Positions 28,329 through 40,589 of a DNA stretch of 64,000 bases are shown piece after piece (the first letter of the stretch is position 1; each line of letters opens with the position of its first letter). A program made the position numbers and the translations under genes. The stretch is from Actinomycetota bacterium (GTDB taxonomy: Bacteria > Actinomycetota > Geothermincolia > Geothermincolales > RBG-13-55-18), in assembly GCA_014360685.1 (NCBI GenBank), contig JACIXB010000009.1:1971-65970 (forward strand), given 5' to 3'. The notes below the pieces were generated by a model that was not told the origin of the DNA, made no database searches, and saw only the letters and a program-made list of their open reading frames with translations.

Positions 28329-29762
28329 ATGGGTGAGTGCAGCACCATCGTCATCTGCGGAAGAAGAATCACCGATTACGTCTTATCCTGTCTTTCCCAG
28401 TTCAACAACGGCAAGGATCTGGTCGAGCTGAAGGCGGTTGCCGGAAACATAACCAGGGGCGTCGAGATAGCGCATATCCTGAAGTCCCAGGTACAAGACA
28501 TAATCCTGGAGAAATGCGAAATAGAGACCACGAAGATTATTGGCGTCGATACGCCATGCCTCGATATTAACCTGAGATTCAGCGGGCAAAGGAGGCAGAA
28601 AACGGAGGAAGATTTTAGGGAAGTCCTGGCCTATCCCTACTATCACCTGCTTTTCGACCGGATTCTCCACAAGTACGGAAAGTTATCCATATCCAGGTTC
28701 GATGACGTAAGTCTCCTCGACATACTGCACGAGAATGGTTGCATCAAATGCGTGCGCGCTGATGGTTACCCCGACGCGAACATCTATTTCAAAGGGGTGG
28801 GATCGTTCTTGTACCGTTCCTCGATGATACTGCCGGCCAACTGGAAAGAGGTCTCTAACGTGTTATCCGCTTCTGACGACGTCATCATCGGGGTAGATAC
28901 CAATATCCTCTATAACTGCTCATTGACGGAGCACCTCATTCCCTCGCTTTCCGTGGCGGATATAAAGAAATACGTGCATACTCCCAACTGGATACTTCTA
29001 GTCATACCGAGTGCGGTGATGCACGAACTGGAAGAGGCCTCGAACATAAGGGACGACAAGGGTTTTCTACAGGTGGAGGGAAGAATCGGGTACCGCGCGC
29101 TCCAGGAGATCCTGGAACTGAGCGAGGGCACCGACATAGAGGGGGTTTCCGTGGTTATAGTCGGGGAAACGAACCCCATACTCGATACCCGGGTGGAGTT
29201 GCAGGGGCTGAGATCCGACTTTTGCAGGATGGGGGCCGTTGGCGTCGCGGGCGGGCCCTTCCTTTCCAAGAAGAAATCGAGCGGTGACATGATCATAAGG
29301 GATCAGTTCAAATCGTTCCTGAGGCAGATAGGGTTCCATAAGGGCATTTACTTTATGACTGCCGATAAGTCCAACGCCGCCCTATCCCGGGCGGAAGGGC
29401 TGAACTCCATCCTTCTCGTGTTTCCGTTCGAGCAGCTGAAGAACAACAAGGAATTTCTGCCACCGGCCATCGACGACAACGGCAGATATAGGGTTAATGT
29501 TCCGCTGGGGAAATTGATATATGAGGCGGCCGTGGAAAACGGCACCATTAAGATCACTTACCACAACGGAAAGACTGGGAGAAAGATAACCCTGCATTGC
29601 GATTCGAGAGGAGAGACATTGGATAACTGGGTACAGAGAAATCTCTTTTTCAGAGAGGATGATTTAGGGGTCCTTCAGGAGGATTACGATCCCATTTTCA
29701 GTTTCCGGGAGATAGGCAACATCTGGCGGGTTCTCGCGCCGAGATTGGGATATGAGATATGA
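28329..29762 (+). CDS. Alba-like domain fused to a PIN-domain nuclease
   Basis: N-terminus IVICGRRITDYVLSCLSQFNNGKDLVELKA...ITRGVEIA resembles archaeal Alba; PIN motifs GVDTNIL, IPSAVMHELE, GDMII and FMTADK; lower GC than flanks; start ATG 28329 after AAGGGG. Confidence 0.72.
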   Translation: MGECSTIVICGRRITDYVLSCLSQFNNGKDLVELKAVAGNITRGVEIAHILKSQVQDIILEKCEIETTKIIGVDTPCLDINLRFSGQRRQKTEEDFREVLAYPYYHLLFDRILHKYGKLSISRFDDVSLLDILHENGCIKCVRADGYPDANIYFKGVGSFLYRSSMILPANWKEVSNVLSASDDVIIGVDTNILYNCSLTEHLIPSLSVADIKKYVHTPNWILLVIPSAVMHELEEASNIRDDKGFLQVEGRIGYRALQEILELSEGTDIEGVSVVIVGETNPILDTRVELQGLRSDFCRMGAVGVAGGPFLSKKKSSGDMIIRDQFKSFLRQIGFHKGIYFMTADKSNAALSRAEGLNSILLVFPFEQLKNNKEFLPPAIDDNGRYRVNVPLGKLIYEAAVENGTIKITYHNGKTGRKITLHCDSRGETLDNWVQRNLFFREDDLGVLQEDYDPIFSFREIGNIWRVLAPRLGYEI

Positions 29763-30047
29763 ACCAGGCGGAAAGCCGGTCCCGCAGGGATTTTCGCCAA
29801 AGAAAAATACCGTATATGTCAGCGTTCGTGTTTAAACGCCAGGAGAAATACGTGCCTTCTTCCTGAAAAAGCGGTCGCACTGTTTTTGTCCATCACTCAA
29901 GTCTTAATTCCGAAGTTCTGGGGATTCCCGCGGGAATGCAAGATCTAATGCGAGACATGATGGGGGGATCACAGGATCTGTCGTCGGCGAGTGGTATAAA
30001 TCCAACATAGGGTGTTCCCGAAAATATTTTTCGAAGGGTGATGGGCA

Positions 30048-30272
30048 ATGGCCGGATTTTTCGATTCCCTCGGCGACGCCTTCTTAGCCGGGGAGATCAT
30101 CGGCTTCATCGAGGACAACACCCGGGAGTGCCGCCGCTGCGGCGGGGAGGTGGCCTTCGACGAGGAGGGCTTCGAGGAGTACCTCTGCCCGCGCTGCCTG
30201 GAGGAGGAATACTACGACGGAGATTTCGACGAGGAGGGCGAGGAGGGCGGGGACTTCGAGGACCGCTGGTAG
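30048..30272 (+). CDS. Small, highly acidic Zn-ribbon protein
   Basis: CRRC-x15-CPRC; very D/E-rich; GC3-biased codons; TGGTATAAA upstream. Confidence 0.65.
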   Translation: MAGFFDSLGDAFLAGEIIGFIEDNTRECRRCGGEVAFDEEGFEEYLCPRCLEEEYYDGDFDEEGEEGGDFEDRW

Positions 30273-30591
30273 GTCCTTTTATGGTAGATCCTGATAAGCG
30301 AGATATACGACTGTCGCCGGTTGGCGGCGCCTAAGCATGTGTGGATGATCCACAATTCCCGGAACGCAGGGATCAACGTCTGATAGGGAGGGAGATAAGG
30401 TTGATCCTGCAGCCATCGCGGGGCGCATGGAAGGTCAGGACAGAAAAGCATGCAAATGCCGAAAACGATAACTTGACGGCCGCGAAATTAGGAGATGGGG
30501 AAAGACCGGGCGAGGGGTGCGGCTATCGCCGGTTGCTGAGGAGGAAAAGGTCCGCCAATCCATCTGGAAAACAAAGGAAAGGGGTTCAGCG

Positions 30592-32571
30592 TTGGCCAGG
30601 ATGATACCGGAGACCAGGGTGGAGCCGGGCGCCCGCGGAGAGCTCAGGTTCTACCGGTACCTGAGGGACGGGCTGCCCGACGACTACACGGTCTTCCACT
30701 CCCTGCCCTACCTCTCCGCCGGGGAGAGGGGTATCTTCGATCACGAGATAGATTTCCTGGTCGTCCACCGGAGGAAGGGCATCCTGACCCTCGAGGTCAA
30801 GGGCGGCGAGGAGATCATCTACCGCCCCAAGGAGAAGAAGTGGTTCTCCGTCCCCGCCTCGGGCGATAAGCGCCACGAGATAAAGGACCCCTTCGACCAG
30901 GCGCGGGGCAACATGCACTGGCTGAAGAAGGAGATCCTCAACCGCGGGGTCTTCCCCGGGGCGGAGGACCTGCCCTTCGCCTACGGGTACGCGGTGGCCT
31001 TCCCCGACGCCTCGGTGCAGACCAAGTATTTTCCTCCCCACGCCATTCCGGAGCTGGTCATCGACCGCGACGGCTTGGACCGGGTGGGGGAAAGGATAGA
31101 GGAGATCATGGGCCGCATGAGGCGCCAGGGCAGCCGGGCCATGAGCGAGCAAGAGTACAACGACCTCTACAACAAGTTCCTCCTCCCGGAGTTCCGCCTC
31201 ACCGCTTCCATAGCCCGGCGCCTGGAGGACGAGGAGGCGCAGATCGTCCGCCTCACCGAGGAACAGTGCCGCATGCTGGACTTCCTCCGCAACCGGAAAA
31301 AGGCCCTCATCCAGGGGTACGCGGGGACGGGCAAGACCCAGCTGGCCGTGGAGAAGGCCCGCCGCCTGGCCGCGGAAGGGCTTTCCGTGCTCCTGCTGTG
31401 TTTCAACAGCCCCCTGGCCGCCTACCTGCGCCGTCAACTCCGGCCGGAAGAGGGAAAGATAGAGGCCTACAATTACCACGACCTGTGCATCCGCCTGGCC
31501 CAGAGTGCGGACCTCCCCTACGAGGTGCCGGGGCCGGAGGACTCCCAGAGAAGGCGGCGCTTCTGGGACGAGGAGGTGCCCCTCCTCCTGGAAAAGGCGC
31601 TGGACATCCTCGACGTCCGCTACGACGCGGTGATCATGGATGAGGGCCAGGACTTCAAGCGCCACTGGTCGAAGAGCGTGCTCAAGCTGCTGCGGGACCC
31701 CAAGGAGGGCCACCTCTACATCTTCTACGACGAGAAGCAGAACATCTACCACGGGGACGACCTGCAGTTCCCGCTGAGAGGCGAGCCCTACCTTTTGAGC
31801 GAGAACTGCCGCAACACCAGGAGGATATGCGAGATGGCCTCCCGCATAGGCGGCATCGACCCGGAGGGCTACCGTTACCAAAGGAACCCGGAGGGCGAGG
31901 AGGTGCGCTTCCTCCCCTACCGCGACCCGGCCGAGCAGCCGGGGCTCATCGAGGACACGGTGCGCAAGCTCCTCAAGAAGGGCTTGAAACCGGGGCAGAT
32001 AACCATCCTCTCGCCCCGGGTGAGGGAGAAGAGCTGCCTCGCCGGGGTGGAGGAGATCGCCGGGTGCCGGGTGGTGGATTACGAGGAGCCGGTCCCACCC
32101 GACGCCCTGGTCTTCTCCACCCTCAAGCGCTTCAAGGGGCTGGAGTCCGACGTGGTCATCTTCTGCGACATGGACGGGAAGTTCCCCATCCACGACCGCA
32201 AGGACCAGTACGTGGCCGTCACCCGCGCCAAGCACCTCCTCTTCGTGGTCCACGACCGGGACTGGAGCCCACCCGAAAACCCGCCCTCTGACCCGCGGAA
32301 CGCTAGGCCCGTGAGCGCGCCCTCTGACCCGCGTGACGCCCGGCCGGAAAAACCGCCCTCTGACCCGCGGGACGCCCGGCTTGAAGGCCTGCCAGGCGGT
32401 TCGCCGGACGCCCAGCCCGAGAGCCTGCACTCTGCACCACGGGACGCCCGATCCGGAAGCGCGCCCTCGGTCAAGCTGGTGGGCCAACGTGAGGATACGA
32501 CGAGCGGTACGCCCCAAAGCCCACCCCCGGTCAAGCCGGAGGACCAACAAAATGGCCCTCCCGACGGATGA
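30592..32571 (+). CDS. NERD nuclease fused to an SF1 (UvrD-like) helicase/ATPase
   Basis: GE...EIDF...LEVKG...P..Q NERD motifs; GYAGTGKT Walker A; DEGQD, ENCRNT, FKGLE and YVAVTRAK motifs; start TTG 30592 after AAGGAAAGGGG. Confidence 0.85.
   Translation: MARMIPETRVEPGARGELRFYRYLRDGLPDDYTVFHSLPYLSAGERGIFDHEIDFLVVHRRKGILTLEVKGGEEIIYRPKEKKWFSVPASGDKRHEIKDPFDQARGNMHWLKKEILNRGVFPGAEDLPFAYGYAVAFPDASVQTKYFPPHAIPELVIDRDGLDRVGERIEEIMGRMRRQGSRAMSEQEYNDLYNKFLLPEFRLTASIARRLEDEEAQIVRLTEEQCRMLDFLRNRKKALIQGYAGTGKTQLAVEKARRLAAEGLSVLLLCFNSPLAAYLRRQLRPEEGKIEAYNYHDLCIRLAQSADLPYEVPGPEDSQRRRRFWDEEVPLLLEKALDILDVRYDAVIMDEGQDFKRHWSKSVLKLLRDPKEGHLYIFYDEKQNIYHGDDLQFPLRGEPYLLSENCRNTRRICEMASRIGGIDPEGYRYQRNPEGEEVRFLPYRDPAEQPGLIEDTVRKLLKKGLKPGQITILSPRVREKSCLAGVEEIAGCRVVDYEEPVPPDALVFSTLKRFKGLESDVVIFCDMDGKFPIHDRKDQYVAVTRAKHLLFVVHDRDWSPPENPPSDPRNARPVSAPSDPRDARPEKPPSDPRDARLEGLPGGSPDAQPESLHSAPRDARSGSAPSVKLVGQREDTTSGTPQSPPPVKPEDQQNGPPDG
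32272..32469 (+). repeat. Degenerate 36-nt tandem repeat (~5 copies) encoding 12-aa PSDPRDARP-type units
   Basis: CGCCCTCTGACCCGCG recurs every 36 nt three times, then two decayed copies. Confidence 0.85.
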
Positions 32572-32620
32572 GGGACGGCTATGTAATGGGAAAGATCCGA
32601 GGAACCGCAAAAAGCGTCGA

Positions 32621-32660
32621 TTGACATAAAATATTAGTCAAATGACTAAAATGTTTAGTC
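32621..32660 (+). promoter_or_regulatory. Promoter/operator region of the helicase-methylase operon
   Basis: TTGACA (32621-32626); overlapping inverted repeats TTAGTCA-aa-TGACTAA (32634-32649) and GACTAAA-atg-TTTAGTC (32644-32660); GGAGG RBS follows. Confidence 0.6.
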
Positions 32661-32673
32661 GGGAGGAAAATCC

Positions 32674-35600
32674 ATGAGCATCTTTCAACTGAAGGACGCC
32701 GTGATCGAGGAATATAAGGAATACGTGCACAGTTTCCTCACCATCCAGGACGAGAGGATCCGCGATTTCGTCTCCCGGGAATTGTTGGAGAAAGGCGTCC
32801 TGTGGCCGCCGGCCCTCGTCCAGCTCAACCCCGCCTATAAAAAGGCGGCGAGCGTAGAAGATCTGGTAGCCGAGGGGAAGCTGCATCCCGAATGCGCGGA
32901 GATCTTCCGTGACCGGGACGGCAGGTCCATAACCCTTTTCCAGCACCAGCAGGAGGCCATCGAGACGGCCCTTTCGGGAAGGGGTTTCGTGGTCACTAGC
33001 GGAACGGGTTCCGGGAAGAGCCTCACCTACTTCGTGCCCATAATCGACGCCGTGCTCAAGGGCGATCCCCGTGAGCATAAGGTATGGGCCATCATCATCT
33101 ACCCCATGAACGCCCTGGTGAACTCGCAATTTTTGGCCCTGCAGGAGATGGCGGACGCATATCAAGAAAGGACCGGCCGCCAGTTCCCGGTGCGTTTCAA
33201 CCGCTATACAGGCCAGAACCTTTACGACCGTCCGGCTATCCAGAAGGAGCCACCCCACATCCTCCTCACCAACTACGTCATGCTTGAGCTGATGCTGGTC
33301 CGCCCCGAGGAACACGTCTTCGTGGATCGCACCACGGCCGGCGTAAAGTATCTGGTCATAGACGAGCTCCATACCTACCGGGGGCGCCAGGGCGCGGACG
33401 TGGCCCTCCTCATCCGCCGCCTCAAGGAGAGGTGCGGTAACCCGCATCTTTTGTGCATGGGCACCAGCGCCACCATGATCGCCGGAAAAGATTCCTCGCG
33501 CCAGGAGAGGCGCCGGGCGGTGGCCGATTTCGCCCAGAAGATGTTCGGCGCTCCCTTGCATCCCGATCAAGTAATCGAGGAGAGCCTGGAGCGCCTGACC
33601 TTCGGCGCCGGAGAAACCGATGGCCAAAGTCTCAAGGAGGCCGTGGGCTCCCCGTTGCCCGACGAGCCGGAAGCCTTCCTGCGCCATCCCCTGGTCTCCT
33701 GGTTGGAGGACAACTTCGGCCTCGAGGAGGAGGAAGAAGGGCGGTTCAGGCGCCGCCCCCCGCTCAGCCTCGAGGAGGGCGCGTCGAGGCTCTCGGAGCT
33801 GACGGGGCTGGACGAGGAGGCCTGCCGGGAGGCCTTGAGCCGGGTTTTCCTGAAGGGAGCGTCCCTGCGGAACGCGGAGGGCGAGCCCCTGCTCTCCTTC
33901 AAATTGCACCAGTTCATAGCCCAGGGGAACCGCGTTTTCGCCACCCTGGAATCTCCTTCCCAGCGCCTCCTGGACATGGAGGGACACGCTTATGCGAGCA
34001 GGGAGGGTAGAACGCTGCCCCTCTTTCCCCTCAAGTTCTGCCGGGTCTGCGGCGTGGAGTACTACGAGGTGGCGCACGACCCCCAGGACAGCCGTTTCGA
34101 GCCCTTGGGAGACGAATCCGAGCTTGTCGACGAATACGGTGAGGCCAAGGAACGGGGATACCTTCTCGTACCCCCGCAGGAACGCGACGTGGAGTGGGGA
34201 CCGGAAAATCTTCCCAGGGAGTGGCTCCAGGACAACGGAAAGGTCAAGAGGGATTACCGCGACTACGTCCCCCGGCCCGTGTGGGTCTATCCAGATGGCA
34301 AGTATTCCCAATACCTGGCCGAGGACGCCGTCAAGGCCTGGTTCCAGCCCTTCCCCTTCCGCCTCTGCTTGAACTGCGGGGTCTTCTACACCGGCAAGGA
34401 CAGCGAGTTCAGCAAGCTCGCCGGCCTCTCCAGCGAGGGGCGGAGCAGCGCCACCACCGTCCTGACCCTCTCGGCGCTTGAGAAGGCGCCCGTGGGTGAC
34501 ATAGAGGAGGGGGCCCGCAAGGTCCTCAGCTTCACCGACAACCGGCAGGACGCCAGCCTGCAGGCCGGGCATTTCAACGATTTCGTCCGCACGGGGCTTC
34601 TCCGGGCCGCCATATACCGGGCGGTGAGCGAAGCCGGCCCCCTCCGCCACGACCAGGTGGCTTCCAGGGTGGTGGAGGCCCTGAACCTTCCCTTCCGGGA
34701 GATCTCCGCCAACAAGGATCTCCAACCCCATACCCCCCTGGGAGGCGAGGTGTTGAAGGTCTTTACCGACCTCGTCGAGTACCGCGTCTACGAGGACTTG
34801 CGCCGGGGGTGGCGGTTCTTGCAGCCCAACCTGGAACAGTGCGGCCTTCTACGATTCGACTACCTGGGGCTCGAGGAGCTGTGCGCCGACGGGGAGGCCT
34901 GGCGGGAGCTCGAGCCCTTCGCGGGCCTCGACGCCGCCGGGCGACGGGAGATCCTCACCGCCCTGCTGGACCACTTCCGCAGGCAGCTGGCCGTCCATGC
35001 CTACTGGCTGCAGGAGACCAACCAGCAGCAGTTGAGGAAGCGCGTGGAGGAATGCATTGACGAGAGGTGGGGTTTCGGCGATGAGGGGCGCCTTTTCACC
35101 GCCTCGCGTTTCGTCCTTCCCGGCCAGGAGGAAAAGATCACCAACAGCTACAGCCTGGCCGAGAGGAGCCTGGTGTACCGCTACCTGAAGCGGGTTCTAC
35201 CTTCCTTCTTGCCGGAATACTCCGAGAACATGCACGGGCTCATGGATATTCTCTGCGCCCATGGCCTCCTGCGCCGCGGCAGCGAAAGGGGGATTTCCTA
35301 CGTGCAGGTGGAGTCGTCGTGCCTTATCTGGAAGCCGGGTGAAGGGACTCCGGCCGGGGAGCCCCTTTACCGGAGGCGCTCCGACGACCCCGTTTACCAA
35401 AAGGTGGAAAAGGAGGCCAACCGCTATTTCGTCAACTTCTACACCCGGCCGCCCGGCCTGCTGCTCCTGGCCGAGGGGCGGGAGCACACCGCCCAGGTCG
35501 ATTACGAGCGGAGGCAGGAGAGGGAGCGCCGTTTCCGGGACGGCGAGCTCAAGTGCCTCTTCTGCTCGCCCACCATGGAACTGGGTATCGACATCGCCGA

Positions 35601-37748
35601 CCTGCAGCTGGTGCACATGCGCAACGTCCCACCCACCCCCGCCAACTACGCCCAGCGCAGCGGCCGCGCCGGCCGCATGGGCGACCCCGCCCTGGTCATC
35701 ACCTACTGCCTGGCCGGAAGCGGCCACGACCAGTACTTCTTCCACCATAAGCGGGAAATGGTCTCCGGTTCCGTGCAACCCCCGCGCATCGACCTCTCCA
35801 GCGAGGAGCTGGCCAGGACTCACCTTCATTCCATTTGGCTGGCCAGAACCGGGCTTTCCCTGGGCCGTTCCATAACCGAGTTCATCGACGTGCGCCTGGA
35901 GGGCTGCCCCCTGAACGAGGACGCGGCGAACAAGGTGAAGCTCGGCGAGAAGGCTTTCCGTGAATGCCTGGAGGAGGCCCGGCGCATATTCGCATCCTGC
36001 TATCCGGAGGGCGAGGCGCCGGCCTGGTATTCCGAGGAGTGGCTGGAAGAGGCGCTCAAGCGGGCCCCGGAGGAGTTCGACCGGGCCTTCGACCGCTTTC
36101 GCGAGCTCTACCGCGCCGCGGACCGCCAGTGGATGGAGGCCAACGAGATCCTTCGCTATCCTACCGGCAACAAGAAGGAGAGGGAGGAGGCCAGGAGAAG
36201 GCGCGACGAGGTGGAACGCCAGAAGCAGCTACTGGAGAACAGCACCTCGTTCTACGAGGAATCGGACTTCTACCCCTACCGCTACCTGGCCAGCGAGGCC
36301 TTCCTCCCCGGCTACAACTTCCCCCGCCTGCCCCTTTCCGCCTTCCTGCCGCGAAAAGGGGAAGGCGATTACGTGTCGCGGCCCCGCTTCCTGGCCATCT
36401 CCGAGTTCGGCCCGGAGAACCTCATCTACCACGAGGGCTCCAAGTACCGGGTGGCCAGCCTCAAGACCGTGCTTTCCGACCTGGAGAAGAGGCTCTTCCA
36501 GGCGAAGATCTGCAGCACCTGCGGATATCTCCACTCCGACGAGAGCGTGGAGATATGCCACAACTGCGAGAGCCGCCTCTCCGGCGAGGGTTACGCCTAC
36601 GCCACCCTGCTCGAGGCCACGAGCGTATATACCCGCCGCAGGGAGCGCATCACCAGCGAGGAAGAGGAAAGGGTGCGTTACGGCTACGACATCACCACCC
36701 ACTTCGAGTTCTCCCCCTCCAGCGGGGCGAGCGAGGGGCGCGTCCCGGCCGTGGTGAGCGACAAGGGAGGCAAACCGCTCCTGGAGCTCGTCTACGCGCC
36801 ATCGGCCACCCTGTACCGCGTGAACCATCGCTGGAGGAACAGCAGGGAGTCCGGCTACCTCCTGAACATGGATACGGGGGAGTTCCTCTCCCGGAGCGGT
36901 CGGGACTCGGAGAGGGCCGCTTCCGCCCGGGTGGAGACGGTGCGCCTCTTCGTGCGCGACACCATGAACGTCATGCTCATCTACCCCGGCCGCGACGGCC
37001 TCGAGCTTACCGAGGAGACCCTGGCCACTCTGGAACACGCCCTGCGCCGCGGCATGGAGAGGGTCTACCAGCTGGAACCCTCCGAGCTCGCCTCGGAGCG
37101 CATCGGGAGCGACGGCCGCCGCGGCATCCTCTTCTACGAGGCCGGCGAGGGAGGCTACGGCATTCTGCGCGCCCTCGCCGTGGAGAGGGACGCCCTGGCC
37201 GCCGTGGCCCGCGAGGCCCTGGCGGCGTGCCACTACCACCCGGACAGCCTGGAAGACCTCAACGCGGAATGCCTGCGCGCCTGCTACGACTGCCTGCTCT
37301 CCTACACCAACCAGCGCGACTATCCCCTGCTCGACCGCGCGCTGGCCAGGGACCTTCTCGCGGAGATCTCCCGCTCCGAGACGCAACCCAAGGTCAGGGG
37401 CCGGGATTACCACGAACATTACCAATGGCTGCGCGCCCTCGCCGATTCCCGTTCCGAACTGGAGAGGAGGTTCCTCGACCACCTCTACGCCACCGGGCGC
37501 CGCCTTCCCGATGACGCCCAGCGGGCGCTGGCCGACCACCACGGCACCGTCCCCGATTTCTTCTACGAGAAGTACACCTGCGTTTTCTGCGACGGGTCCG
37601 TGCACGACGAGCCCGCCCAGAGGGAGAAGGACATGAAGGTGCGGCGGGAGCTGGAAGATCTTGGGTACCGCGTCGTCGTCATCCGTTATGACCGTGACCT
37701 GGAGGAGCAGGTATCCAAGTATCCTGATGTTTTCGGGGAGGCGAGACC

Positions 37749-37752
<4 letters not shown>
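32674..37752 (+). CDS. YprA/SftH-like DEAD/DEAH helicase with DUF1998 and C-terminal Vsr/DUF559-like nuclease
   Basis: Q motif LFQHQ; SGTGSGKS, YPMNAL, DELH, TSAT, TMELGIDI and QRSGRAGR motifs; several CxxC pairs; C..ACYDCL DUF1998 motif; SELE...PDF...FCDGSVH...D...R..L...GY.V tail. Confidence 0.88.

Positions 37753-40585
<2,833 letters not shown>

Positions 40586-40589
<4 letters not shown>

Noticed and set aside
32272-32469. 36-nt periodic repeat as a CRISPR array
   Set aside because: Units are contiguous and degenerate with no unique spacers, lie in frame within a CDS, and no cas genes are present.
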